DNA from: an uncultured Chloroflexia bacterium
GTDB lineage: Bacteria; Chloroflexota; Limnocylindria; Limnocylindrales; CSP1-4
Direction of reading: 5' to 3'
Length of the DNA: 64,000 nt
NCBI GenBank assembly: GCA_963813535.1
Contig: CAWEZH010000003.1
Span: 928,001-992,000, forward strand
Shown: piece by piece, positions 34,111 to 43,663 of the stretch
Layout of the letters: each line of letters begins with the position of its first letter
How positions within the stretch are numbered: the first letter of the stretch is position 1
Notes under the pieces: generated by a model
Databases searched by the model: none
Told to the model about the DNA's origin: nothing
The model's input: only the letters and a program-made list of their open reading frames with translations
Translations under genes and position numbers: made by a program

Positions 34111-34923
34111 TCAGCCCGCCCCGGCCGCGCCGCGGCCGAGATATGCCTCGATGACGCGCGGGTCGGCGCGCACTTCGGCCGGCGACCCCTCGGCGATCTT
34201 CTCGCCGTGATCCAGCACGGTGACGCGGTCGCTGATCCCCATCACGACCTTCATGTCGTGCTCGATGAGGAGGACCGTGAGGCTCAGGCGCGTCCGCAGC
34301 TCGCGGACGAAGTCGGTGAGCTTGCGGGTCTCCTCGGGGTTCATGCCGGCCGTGGGTTCGTCGAGGAGGAGCAGCTTCGGCTCCGTGGCCAGCGCACGTG
34401 CGATCTCGAGACGACGCTGGTCGCCGTACGGGAGGTTTCGCGCCAGGGTCGTGGCCCGGCTCTTCAGCCCGACGAGATCGAGGAGCTCCATCGCCCGATC
34501 GTGCGCCTCCTGCTCCTCGCGGATGATCGAGGGCGGACGGATGATCGCCCCGAACCAGCGGCCCTTGAGGCGATGGTGGAGCCCGACGAGCACGTTGTCC
34601 TCGGCCGACATGTTGCCGAACAGCCGGATGTTCTGGAACGTCCGGGCGATGCCGACGCGGACGACTTCGTGCGGCTTCAGCCCGGTGATCTCGCCCCCGT
34701 CGAAGGTGATGCTGCCCTCCGTCGGGATGTACAGCCCGGTGATCATGTTGAAGAACGTCGTCTTGCCGGCGCCGTTCGGCCCGATGAGGCTGACGATCGA
34801 GCCGCGCGGGATGGTGAAGTCGATGTCGTGGACGGCGACGAGGCCGCCGAACCGCTTCGTGCAGCCCTTGGCGACGAGGAGGTCCCCGGCCGGCTGGACC
34901 GCCTCCGCGGCCACGGCCGTCAT
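34111..34923 (-). CDS. livG: Branched-chain amino acid ABC transporter ATPase (appears fused to livM in this sequence)
   Basis: KRFGGL, GPNGAGKT, RTFQNIRLF, LPYGDQR, LDEPTAG and IEHDM; in-frame ATG at 34923. Confidence 0.9.
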   Translation of the reverse strand: MTAVAAEAVQPAGDLLVAKGCTKRFGGLVAVHDIDFTIPRGSIVSLIGPNGAGKTTFFNMITGLYIPTEGSITFDGGEITGLKPHEVVRVGIARTFQNIRLFGNMSAEDNVLVGLHHRLKGRWFGAIIRPPSIIREEQEAHDRAMELLDLVGLKSRATTLARNLPYGDQRRLEIARALATEPKLLLLDEPTAGMNPEETRKLTDFVRELRTRLSLTVLLIEHDMKVVMGISDRVTVLDHGEKIAEGSPAEVRADPRVIEAYLGRGAAGAG

Positions 34924-36297
34924 GCCGGTCGCCCGGGATCGGACGTGGTTCCCGAGGCGTCGGACGCCGCCGCATGTGGCGTCGGACGGTGGGGCGTTCG
35001 GGTCGGGCAGGGGCGCTTCCTCGAGCTCGATCACCTCGAGCTCCTCGAGGGCCGCGAGCTCGTCCCCACCCGCTCCCGTCACCTCGGCGGAGATCCCGAC
35101 GCCGTGCATCTCGGCCTTGGCCGCCTCGTCGGGGAACAGACCCTCCGGGCGCTTGATCATCATGATCACGAGCATCAGGCCGAAGATCAGGTAGTTGTAC
35201 GTGGTCAGCTTGAAGTCGCGCAGCAGCTCGATGCCGGTCTGGTTGCCGATCGACTGGATCGGGGCATTGAGGATCGTGTCACCCAGCCACGGCAGGAGCG
35301 TCCGGTCGAGGATCATCACGGCGAACGCCCCGATGACCACGCCTCGCAGCGAGCCGATGCCGCCCAGGATGATGATGATCACGACGAGGATCGAGACGTT
35401 GTAGTTGAACGTCTCGGCGAAGATCGCCGTGTTGTAGGCGCCGGTGAACGCGCCGGCGAACCCCGAGAAGCTGGCACCCAGCGAGAACGCGAGCAGCTTC
35501 GTCGTGACCGTGTTGATGCCCATCGCTGCCGCGGCAGTCTCGTCCTCCCGGATGGCCATCCACGCGCGGCCGAGCTTCGAGTCGCGGAGCCGCCTGCAGA
35601 TGAAGAACGTGATGGTCAGCAACAGCAGCACGAGATACCACGACGCGATCGCATTCTGATTCGAGAACACGAGCTGTGGTCCCCATGGCCCGGGTATCGG
35701 GATGATCGGCGGGTCGATCGGGTTGATACCGACGTTGCCGCCGGTCAGGTTCGCGTTCGGGCCGACCAGGACGGCGCCGCCGAGGAAGGCCGGCAGGATG
35801 ATCGTGATGTCGCCCAGGTTGCGGAAGACCAGGCGCACGATCTCGCCGAAACCGAGCGTGACGATGGCCAGGTAGTCGCCACGGAGCTTGAGCGTCGGGG
35901 CGCCGAGCATGACCCCGAAGACCGCCGCGGCGGCCACCGCGATCCAGATGACGATCCACCAGCTGATATGGACCCCGAAGTGGGGCGAGGCGAGGAACGC
36001 GGTCGTGTACGCCCCGATGGCGTAGAAGGCGACGTAGCCGAGGTCGAGCAGACCGGCGAAGCCCATGACGATGTTGAGTCCGAGGGCCAGGATCGCGAAC
36101 GTCGCGCAGAAGATCAGGACCGCTGTGCCGGGCCACGGGACGAATGGCGCGGCCGACTGGAGGAAGCGGTAGATCAGCGGATACGTCAGGGCGACGACCC
36201 CGATGATGACCAGGATGACGAGCTGACGGCGACGAGGGTCCAGCCCGGACAGCGGGTTGGGGATCAACGCGCGCGGAGCGCGGACGGCTTCGGTCAT
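34920..36297 (-). CDS. livM: Branched-chain amino acid ABC transporter permease
   Basis: GLNIVMGFAGLLDLGY, LRGDYLAIVTLGFGEI, AIREDE and RPEGL. Removing one base at ~34975 gives a stop at 34920 overlapping the livG ATG (1378 = 1377+1). Confidence 0.9.
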
Positions 36298-36298
36298 G

Positions 36299-37225
36299 TC
36301 ACGCCCGCTCCGACGCCTGCTCGGCGAGCAGTCCGGTCGGGCGGAAGATCAGGACCAGGATCAGCAGCGAGAAGACGATGACCGTCGTCCACTTCGCCTC
36401 GATGAACCGGTCCGACATGGCCGCGATGAGGCCGATGAGCATCCCGCCGAGTGCCGCCCCGGTCAGGTTCCCGATACCGCCGAGCACGGCCGCAGTGAAC
36501 GACAGGAGCCCGAACTGCAGGCCGAGCTGGAAGAACGTCTGCCCGTAGTACAGGGCGACGACGAGACCGGCCGCGCCCGCCAGGCCACCGGCGATCAGGA
36601 AGGTGAGCGAGATCGTCCGGTTGACGTCGATGCCCATGAGCCCGGACGCCTCGCGGTCCTGGGCGGTCGCCCGCATGGCCTTGCCCTGGCGGGTGCTGCC
36701 GACGAACCATCGCAAGCCAAGCAGCAGTGGCACCGTGACGGCCAGGACGACGAGCTCGTCGATCCCGAACCATGCCGCTCCGCTCGGGAAGAACAGGATG
36801 TCGGTCCGCGGCAGGACCGGTTCGACCGCCTTTTGCGACGGGCCGAGCAACATCAGGCCGACGTTCTGGAGCACGAACGACATGCCGATCGCGCTGATGA
36901 GGGGTGCCAACCGCGGCGCGTTGCGCAATGGCCTGTAGGCGACGCGTTCGATGCCGGCGTTGATCCCGGCCGTGGCCAACATGATGAACGGTAGGGCGAT
37001 GAGCGTCAGCAGCAGCGCCAACGTGCTCGAGGCAGGGATGCCCATGCCGATGACGATGAGTTCTGTCGCGAAGTAGGTGAACGCCGTGCCGAGCATGAAC
37101 ACGTCGGCATGGGCGAAGTTGATGAGTTCGAGGATGCCGTAAACGAGGGTGTAGCCGATCGCGATGAGCGCGATGATCAGGCCGTTCGTGACGCCGATGG
37201 TCAGCGCCTTGATCAGCTCCTCCAA
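36299..37225 (-). CDS. livH: Branched-chain amino acid ABC transporter permease
   Basis: GYTLVYG..INFAH, GKAMRA, AAVLGGIG and RPTGLL. Confidence 0.95.
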   Translation of the reverse strand: MEELIKALTIGVTNGLIIALIAIGYTLVYGILELINFAHADVFMLGTAFTYFATELIVIGMGIPASSTLALLLTLIALPFIMLATAGINAGIERVAYRPLRNAPRLAPLISAIGMSFVLQNVGLMLLGPSQKAVEPVLPRTDILFFPSGAAWFGIDELVVLAVTVPLLLGLRWFVGSTRQGKAMRATAQDREASGLMGIDVNRTISLTFLIAGGLAGAAGLVVALYYGQTFFQLGLQFGLLSFTAAVLGGIGNLTGAALGGMLIGLIAAMSDRFIEAKWTTVIVFSLLILVLIFRPTGLLAEQASERA

Positions 37226-37262
37226 CGCCCTCTCCTCATCGTCGCGGAGGTGATGGATGGAC

Positions 37263-37294
37263 GCCGGCCGTTCGGCGGATGCCGAACGGCCGGC
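37263..37294 (-). terminator. Intercistronic 14-bp hairpin after livK (terminator or mRNA stabiliser)
   Basis: Perfect inverted repeat GCCGGCCGTTCGGC-GGAT-GCCGAACGGCCGGC; no U-tract. Confidence 0.6.
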
Positions 37295-37321
37295 TAGTGC
37301 TTCCTCTCCGGTGGAGCGGAG

Positions 37322-38542
37322 CTACTCGATGACGGAGTCGAACTTGAACTCGCCGCCGGTGATGATCAAACCCGACATGGTGGTCGCGCTTGTATCGCCG
37401 TCGGCATCGAAGCTCCACTTGCCGAGTACGCCGTCGTAGTCCTTCGTCGCCTTGACCTCGTCGAGGACCGCGGCGCGGAGCGCTGCGACGTCGGCGGGGT
37501 TCTTGGCGGCAGCCCGCTCGATGGCCGCGAGGACGACGTTGGCCGCCTCATAGCCGTAGGCCGTGTAGCCCTCGACCGGGTTGTTCGGGTACTTGGCGGT
37601 GTACTTGTCGACGAATTCCTTGCCCTTCCCGGTCAGCTGATCGGGCGGCACGCCGCCGAACGTGATGTAGCTGCCTTCGGCGGCCGCAGCAGCGGCCTCG
37701 AGGAACTCGTTCTCGTAGACACCGTCGGGGCCCATCAGAGCGACATCCGGCATCGCGTCGCGCAGGTCGCGCCACAGCTGGCCGGCGTTGTTCTGGGTGA
37801 TCCCGCCGTAGTACACGAGGTCGGGGTTGGTCGCCTTGACCTTCTCGGCCAGGGCCTTGTAGTCGGTCGCCTTGCCGTCGATGCCGTCGCGGCCGAGGAT
37901 GGTCAGGCCGTAGTCCGCCGAGCGGGTGTTGAAGACGTCGGCGATGCCCTTCCCGTAGACCTCGGTGTCGTCGAGGATGTAGACGTTCTTGAGACCGAGC
38001 TCAGACGCCCACTTGGCGCCGGCGTTCCCCTGGAGCGAGTCGTTGGGGATGACGCGCGTGTAGTTCTTCTTGCACCCGTTCGGGTAGTACTTGTCCGGCT
38101 CACCCTCCTCGAAGGGCTTGGTGAGGCCGACGCCTGTGTTGGCCGGGCTGATCATGACGATGCCCTTGCCGCACAGGATGGGGATGGACAGCTTCGCTGC
38201 GCCCGAGTTGAACGTGCCGATGTACGCCACGAGCTTGTCGGCCGCGACGGCGTCGTTGGCGTTCTTGATCTCGGTCGCCTCGTCCCACTTGCCGGCTGCG
38301 GCAGTGGAGTCGTCCTTGTCGACGTACTTGATCGTGTAGCCGCCGACCGTGCCGCCCCTCTCCTCGATGGCCATGTTGATGGCGTTCACGATCGTGTCGG
38401 TCTGGGCCTTGCTCGACCCTTGGCGCGGAAGCGAGGACCAGATCTCGATCTCGCCCTTGCTCGCACCGCCGCCCCCGCCGCCGCACGCTGCGAAGGCGAG
38501 CATGGCGACGGCACCGAGTGCCGCGATTCTGCTCTTGTTCAT
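37322..38542 (-). CDS. livK: Branched-chain amino acid ABC transporter substrate-binding lipoprotein
   Basis: Lipobox FAAC, GTFNSG, ISPANT, YGKG and FDADGD; AGGAGG RBS. Confidence 0.9.
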   Translation of the reverse strand: MNKSRIAALGAVAMLAFAACGGGGGGASKGEIEIWSSLPRQGSSKAQTDTIVNAINMAIEERGGTVGGYTIKYVDKDDSTAAAGKWDEATEIKNANDAVAADKLVAYIGTFNSGAAKLSIPILCGKGIVMISPANTGVGLTKPFEEGEPDKYYPNGCKKNYTRVIPNDSLQGNAGAKWASELGLKNVYILDDTEVYGKGIADVFNTRSADYGLTILGRDGIDGKATDYKALAEKVKATNPDLVYYGGITQNNAGQLWRDLRDAMPDVALMGPDGVYENEFLEAAAAAAEGSYITFGGVPPDQLTGKGKEFVDKYTAKYPNNPVEGYTAYGYEAANVVLAAIERAAAKNPADVAALRAAVLDEVKATKDYDGVLGKWSFDADGDTSATTMSGLIITGGEFKFDSVIE

Positions 38543-38769
38543 GCATTCTCCTCCTGGATATCCGGGTCGCCCGGCTCCTACCGGACGACCGTCGCTGGTG
38601 GCACTTGGCCCGGCCCGATCCGGAGATGCGAAGACGCCCGTCCACCTCAGTCGCCTTGCCCCGGCGACGGTGCCCTCCCAGGGCGTCGATCGGGGCGTGG
38701 CGATGCGTGACGGAGGCGACGCAAGACCGATCTCGAGCGGTGCGCAGGTGACCGCCGAAACGATGCCGT

Positions 38770-38797
38770 ATCATATGCGCTGGCGACCCGAATGCAA
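38770..38797 (-). promoter_or_regulatory. Putative promoter of the liv operon
   Basis: TTGCAT(38797-92)-N16-TATGAT(38775-70), implying a ~220-nt 5' UTR. Confidence 0.5.
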
Positions 38798-38938
38798 TAC
38801 CGGTCGGTCGCATCCCTCGAACGCGACGAATTCGCACGCGGTGAACGGGGATAGCGAAGCCCATCGGTCCGACCTCAGGTCGGGATGGCCTCGGTCGAGG
38901 GGTGACGGTCGCCGTCCTGCGAGGTACGAATCTTCGGC

Positions 38939-39403
38939 GTGGAATACCTGGTCCGAGCCGCCCGCATCACCGACATCGATCGACTCGTCGCCTTGAGCGA
39001 CGCCGAGATGCGTGGCGGTCCTGAGGCGAGCCCGCTCGATGCCGCCGACCTGCTTCGTCAGCTGGTGTACTTGCCGCAGGCGAGTATCTTCGTGGCCGAG
39101 ACCCAGCGGCATGTCGTGGGTGGGGCCGTCCTGGCCCTCCGCCCGTCGGTCCGTGCCGGCGGTTTCGTGGGTACCATCGATCTGCTGGTCGTCGACCCCG
39201 ACCACGATGCCGATCGGGTCGCCGACGCCCTCATCGAAGAGGTCGTCAGGTCGGCCAGCAACAAGGGCTGCACGCTCGTCGAAGTGGCCCGCCCGGACGA
39301 TCAGGCGTCCCTCGGCCGCTGGGCGGCACTGGGGTTCACGCCGGCCGGTCCGCGCATCCAACGAACCGTGGCCGCGGTGGGAACCACCTCGCGTCGCATC
39401 TGA
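38939..39403 (+). CDS. GNAT-family acetyltransferase-like protein
   Basis: VRAARITD, IDLLVVDP and ALGF; the acetyl-CoA loop is atypical. Confidence 0.75.
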   Translation: MEYLVRAARITDIDRLVALSDAEMRGGPEASPLDAADLLRQLVYLPQASIFVAETQRHVVGGAVLALRPSVRAGGFVGTIDLLVVDPDHDADRVADALIEEVVRSASNKGCTLVEVARPDDQASLGRWAALGFTPAGPRIQRTVAAVGTTSRRI

Positions 39404-39472
39404 TCATCGGCCCGCCGAGCAGCGAGAACGCGCCGGCAGGGCGCCAACACACATCATCCAAGGAGTAACAGT

Positions 39473-41356
39473 TTGGGCAAGAACGTCGCCGTCTTCGTAG
39501 ACGTGGCGAACATCTTCTATGCGGCGAAGGCCGCGGGCGTGGACATCGATTACGTCACGCTCCTCAAATCGGCAGGCGCCGGGCGGGATCTCGTCCGCGC
39601 GTATGCATATACGGGGCTCGACCCGGACAACGAGAACCAGCGGAACTTCCATGACTTCCTGCGCCGGCACGGCTACAAGGTGGTCAGCAAGGACATCCGC
39701 AAGTACGGCGACGGCAAGGTCAAGGCCAACCTCGACATCGAGCTCGTCGTCGACATGATGAAGACCGCTCGGAACCTGGACATCGCGATCGTGGTGTCCG
39801 GTGACGGCGACTTCGCACCGGCGATCCGCGCCGTACAGGAGATGGGCGTCCGCTGCGAGGTCATCAGCTTCCGCGGCAACACCAGCTCCGACCTCATCGA
39901 GGTCGCCGACCTCTTCACCGATATCACGCAGCTCGCCCGAGTGGAGAAGGGGACTCGCTCGGGTCGTCGAGTCGCGGACGACGACGCGGACCTGTCGATG
40001 ACCGAGGTCCCCGACAAGCAGACCGAAGGAACGGGCGTCGGTCGCGGGACGCGCGGCGGTCGCGGTCGCGGTCGCGGACGCAGCGGCGAGGCCGAGCCGG
40101 TCGCGGCATCGACGTCAGGGTCCGGCCGCGGGCGCCGCGGTGGCGGCACCTCCACGAACGGGTCCGCCGCCGGCGCCACGGCGATGCCGGGCGAGCGCCT
40201 TCGCGGACGGTCCGGACGTTCCGGCAGCCTCTCGGAGGCCGATCTCGCGTCGGCCGAGGTCTTCACCCTCGACGACCTCGACGAGGCCGTCGGCGGCGAG
40301 GGCACCGACGCCGGTGAGGCGGCCGATGGAGCCGAGGGTCGCGACGAGGCCGGCCGGCGCCGCCGACGGCGCGGAGGCCGCGGCCGCGGCCGTGGCCGCG
40401 GACGCGACGACGTGCCCGCAGCAGGCGAGGCGATCGTCGAGCCCATCGCGGCCGACGAGGAGGAGGACGAGGAGGACGCTCCGATCGAGGCGCCGCGCCC
40501 GCCGCGCAGCACCCCGTTCGGTTCCGTCTGGGACTCGCAGCTGGGCACGACGGCCGCGCCGTCGCCGCTCACGCCTCCGAGCGACGACGAGGACTTCGAT
40601 GAGCCGGAGATCCCGGAATACCTGATCGCCGAGCAGCGCCGGGGCCGTGCCCCCAGCGGTGGCGGTCGCGGCGGAGCCCGCGGTGGGCCCCGCGGCGGTC
40701 GAGCCGCCTATCAGTCGGCGATCGAGCGTGAGCGCTACGGGCGCGGTGGGAGTGGCGGCATCAACCGCTATCCCGACGTGAGCGGGCGGACCGGCGGACG
40801 TGACCAGCGCAGCGGTGGTCGAGGCTACGACCGTCCGAACGAGCGGCCACGCGAAGCGGGTCGCCCGTCCGGTTCCACCGAGCCGTGGAGCGAGGTCCCG
40901 CCGGAGCTCGAGGCGATGCTCCGGGCACAGGTCGGCCAGAAGCCGCCGACCCGTCCGACAGAGGTCGTGCCCGGACGGTCCCTCGAGGAGGAGGTCGCCG
41001 CCCCGGTCGCCGCGGATGGAGCCGAGGTAGCGGAGACGGCGCCGAAGCGCCGCTCGACGCGATCCTCCAGCACGACATCGCGAGCGACGAAGGCCGCCGG
41101 CGAGTCGGCCGAGGCCGGGACGCCCAAGCGACGCAGCACGCGTAAGCCGACCGCCGCCACTGAGGCGACCGGCGATGCCGCGGCCCCCGAAGCGGCAGCA
41201 CCCAAGCGACGGACGACCCGCAAGTCGACAGCCGCTGCGGCGACCGCCGACGGAGCCGCGACCGACGACACCAGCGCAGCGGCCGACGCCGATGCGGGTG
41301 CCGAGGCTGCGCCCAAGCGACGGACGACCCGCAAGTCGACCAAGACCACGTCCTGA
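39473..41356 (+). CDS. NYN (LabA/DUF88, PIN-like) domain protein with long disordered C-terminal region
   Basis: VFVDVANIF, KANLDIELVVD, VSGDGDFAP and LIEVADLF; then RGG, acidic and PKRR-repeat tracts. TTG start after AAGGAG. Confidence 0.9.
   Translation: MGKNVAVFVDVANIFYAAKAAGVDIDYVTLLKSAGAGRDLVRAYAYTGLDPDNENQRNFHDFLRRHGYKVVSKDIRKYGDGKVKANLDIELVVDMMKTARNLDIAIVVSGDGDFAPAIRAVQEMGVRCEVISFRGNTSSDLIEVADLFTDITQLARVEKGTRSGRRVADDDADLSMTEVPDKQTEGTGVGRGTRGGRGRGRGRSGEAEPVAASTSGSGRGRRGGGTSTNGSAAGATAMPGERLRGRSGRSGSLSEADLASAEVFTLDDLDEAVGGEGTDAGEAADGAEGRDEAGRRRRRRGGRGRGRGRGRDDVPAAGEAIVEPIAADEEEDEEDAPIEAPRPPRSTPFGSVWDSQLGTTAAPSPLTPPSDDEDFDEPEIPEYLIAEQRRGRAPSGGGRGGARGGPRGGRAAYQSAIERERYGRGGSGGINRYPDVSGRTGGRDQRSGGRGYDRPNERPREAGRPSGSTEPWSEVPPELEAMLRAQVGQKPPTRPTEVVPGRSLEEEVAAPVAADGAEVAETAPKRRSTRSSSTTSRATKAAGESAEAGTPKRRSTRKPTAATEATGDAAAPEAAAPKRRTTRKSTAAAATADGAATDDTSAAADADAGAEAAPKRRTTRKSTKTTS
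41042..41340 (+). repeat. Four PKRR(S/T)TR(K/S) peptide repeats in the NYN tail
   Basis: Copies at ~41042, ~41123, 41201 and 41312. The last two share an identical 29-mer, CCCAAGCGACGGACGACCCGCAAGTCGAC. Confidence 0.85.
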
Positions 41357-41367
41357 CCCCAGGCTCG

Positions 41368-42615
41368 ATGGACGGGGTTCGCACGCGGGGCCATCCCGCG
41401 GCGCTCGCCGCGATCGGGGCGATGGTCCGCACCGGCGCGCCGGGTGCCGTCCTGTTCGTCGGGCCGGCCGGTGTCGGCAAGACGACCCTGGCGCTCGACC
41501 TGGCCGCCGGGCTCCTCTGCGTGCACGAGGATCCCGGCGCACGTCCGTGCGGGGCATGCCGGGCATGCCGCCTGGTGGTCCGCGGCGTCCACCCCGACGT
41601 CCACCGGCTGGGCCCGGATGGACCCGGCCGCCAGGTCGTCATCGGCGGTCCCGGTGCGAAGGTGCGGGGCATCCGTGACCTGATCGCCGAGCTGGCCCTC
41701 CTCCCCGTCGAGGGTGGCGCGCGGGTGGCGATCGTCGAGTCGGCGCATCGGATGAACGAAGACGCACAGGCGGCGCTGCTCAAGACGCTCGAGGAGCCGC
41801 CCCCGAACACGACGATCATCCTGTGCGCGGACGCAGAGGAGCCGTTGCTCCCGACCATCCGGTCGCGTTGCGCTCGACTTCGGCTGGGACCGGTCGGGAC
41901 CCGCGACATCGAGGCGATCCTTGCCGAGGCGGCGGCCATCGATCCGCCGGTAGCGGCCCGCGTCGCGCGTATCTGCGGCGGGCGCCCGGGCGTCGCGCTC
42001 GCATGGGTCGCTCGCCCGGACGCCCTGCGGGAACGCGACGCGATCGGGCGCACGTTGCTGGATCTCGCGTCGGCGCGCCCCGCGGACCGCCTGTCCGGTG
42101 TTCGCTCCCTCGCTGCGCAGGCGGCGGCGATCGCCGGCATCGGCGAGGGTGCACGACTCGACGCCTCGATCGACCGCCCCATGTCCGATGCTCCGACCGG
42201 AACGGCGACGACGCGCCGCAAGCGGGCTGCGCCGGATGCGCCGGATGCGCCCCCGCCCGCGCCGATCGCGGAGGAGGGCGACGCCGACGGTGAGGAGCTC
42301 GAGGCAGCAGGCCCGTCGCGCGCGCCGGCAACCGAGCGGCGCCAGGCCGCCGAGGCGCTCATCGGCCTGTGGACGGATGTCGCTCGTGACCTTGCGCTGT
42401 GCCAGCGCGGCCTCGATGGGTCCGTCCGCGACCTCGCCCTGCTCGACGATGCACGATCGCTCGCCGCGCAGCTGGATGCCGCGGCCGTCGGGGCATTCAT
42501 CGATCGCCTCGGCAGGGCCGGGGTACTCATCGCGGGCAACGTGTCGCCGGAGCTGGTGCTCGACGACCTGGCCCTAGCCTGGCCGCGGCCAAGGGCCAGC
42601 TCGCGCGCGGCGTGA
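41368..42615 (+). CDS. holB: DNA polymerase III subunit delta'
   Basis: GPAGVGK, Zn motif C..PCGACRAC, HPDV, AHRMNEDAQAALLKTLEEPP and LLPTIRSRC. Confidence 0.88.
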   Translation: MDGVRTRGHPAALAAIGAMVRTGAPGAVLFVGPAGVGKTTLALDLAAGLLCVHEDPGARPCGACRACRLVVRGVHPDVHRLGPDGPGRQVVIGGPGAKVRGIRDLIAELALLPVEGGARVAIVESAHRMNEDAQAALLKTLEEPPPNTTIILCADAEEPLLPTIRSRCARLRLGPVGTRDIEAILAEAAAIDPPVAARVARICGGRPGVALAWVARPDALRERDAIGRTLLDLASARPADRLSGVRSLAAQAAAIAGIGEGARLDASIDRPMSDAPTGTATTRRKRAAPDAPDAPPPAPIAEEGDADGEELEAAGPSRAPATERRQAAEALIGLWTDVARDLALCQRGLDGSVRDLALLDDARSLAAQLDAAAVGAFIDRLGRAGVLIAGNVSPELVLDDLALAWPRPRASSRAA

Positions 42616-42908
42616 GCGACGAGCGCCTCGACGCCACCGTCCGGGGGCGCGTGCAGGGTGTCGGGTTCCGGTATTTCGTGATCCGCCGAGCCATGAGCCT
42701 CGGGCTGACGGGCTGGGTCTCCAACGAAGCGGACGGCTCCGTCCGGTGCATCGCGGAGGGGCCGCGAGCCTCCCTGGACGCACTGCTCCAGGCGCTGGAG
42801 GACGGCCCGGCGGGGGCGATGGTCGACCGAGTGATGACCGTCTGGGGCCCGGCCACGGGCGGATTCGCCTCCTTCGAGGTGCGGAGCGGCGGCCACCGCG
42901 GGGATTGA
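42612..42908 (+). CDS. acyP: Acylphosphatase
   Basis: VRGRVQGVGFR, GWVSNEADGSV and AEG; GTGA overlap with holB. Confidence 0.95.
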   Translation: MSDERLDATVRGRVQGVGFRYFVIRRAMSLGLTGWVSNEADGSVRCIAEGPRASLDALLQALEDGPAGAMVDRVMTVWGPATGGFASFEVRSGGHRGD

Positions 42909-42989
42909 GGGCTGACCCGTTCGGCGTGTGGTGGGAGGGACCGCTGGGCTATTCCCACCCTGACCATCGGGGTCCATCGTGGCCCGACG

Positions 42990-43268
42990 ATGGAGACGAA
43001 CTCTCCGGCCGAGGAACTCCCCGCCCTCTATCGCGCGATCCTCGATCGCGTCGCGGAGCTCGAGGTCGCGGGTGAGCGGGCGCGCGCGGCGCAGCTGCGC
43101 AACGACGCGACCGACGCCTACTCGAGGGCCTGGGACGAGCGCGCACGCCGGCGGTTGGAACTCCTGCTCCGGCGGTCGGATCGTGATGTAGATGCTGAGC
43201 GCCCGCGTCGCCGGACCCGACGACCCATCCCCACGACACAGCAGGCGATCGCCGCGCGGGAGCGCTGA
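42990..43268 (+). CDS. Small helical hypothetical protein
   Basis: EELPALYRAILDRVAELE..YSRAWDE; plausible coding bias. Confidence 0.65.
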   Translation: METNSPAEELPALYRAILDRVAELEVAGERARAAQLRNDATDAYSRAWDERARRRLELLLRRSDRDVDAERPRRRTRRPIPTTQQAIAARER

Positions 43269-43351
43269 GACCCGCCTTCCGCAGACCGCCAGTCAGCGGG
43301 CGGTGAGCGGGATCCGCTGACCGGCAAGACCACCCGGCGTACGCTTCGGGC

Positions 43352-43663
43352 GTGAATCCAGCGCCCGGTCCCACGGTCGGCGACGTCCTCGATCGAGCCT
43401 CGTCCGCGTATGGCGCCCTCGCCGACGTGAGCGAGGCCGTCGACGATGAGTGGTCGTACATCCAGGACCTCACCGAGGCATGGGCCAGCCGGTTCGATGC
43501 CATCCGCGTGGCTCGTGGAGATGAACCGGTCGACGTCGAGGTCGCAGTGGCCATCGATGCGGCGATCGACGAGGTCGGCCGGATCGGCGATCCGCATCGG
43601 GCGATCGATTGGCTGTCGACCTTCCCGCAGGTCACGTTGATGGCACTCGGCGAGCGGCCGTGA
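43352..43663 (+). CDS. Small acidic hypothetical protein
   Basis: DEWSYIQDL..DPHRAIDWLSTFPQ; GTGA coupling to the next gene; TACGCT 6 nt upstream of the start. Confidence 0.75.
   Translation: MNPAPGPTVGDVLDRASSAYGALADVSEAVDDEWSYIQDLTEAWASRFDAIRVARGDEPVDVEVAVAIDAAIDEVGRIGDPHRAIDWLSTFPQVTLMALGERP

Noticed and set aside
34111-36297. Apparent 728-aa LivM-LivG fusion
   Set aside because: Removing one base near 34975 restores a normal ATGA stop/start overlap at 34920-34923. Natural fusions exist, but an artefact is more likely here.
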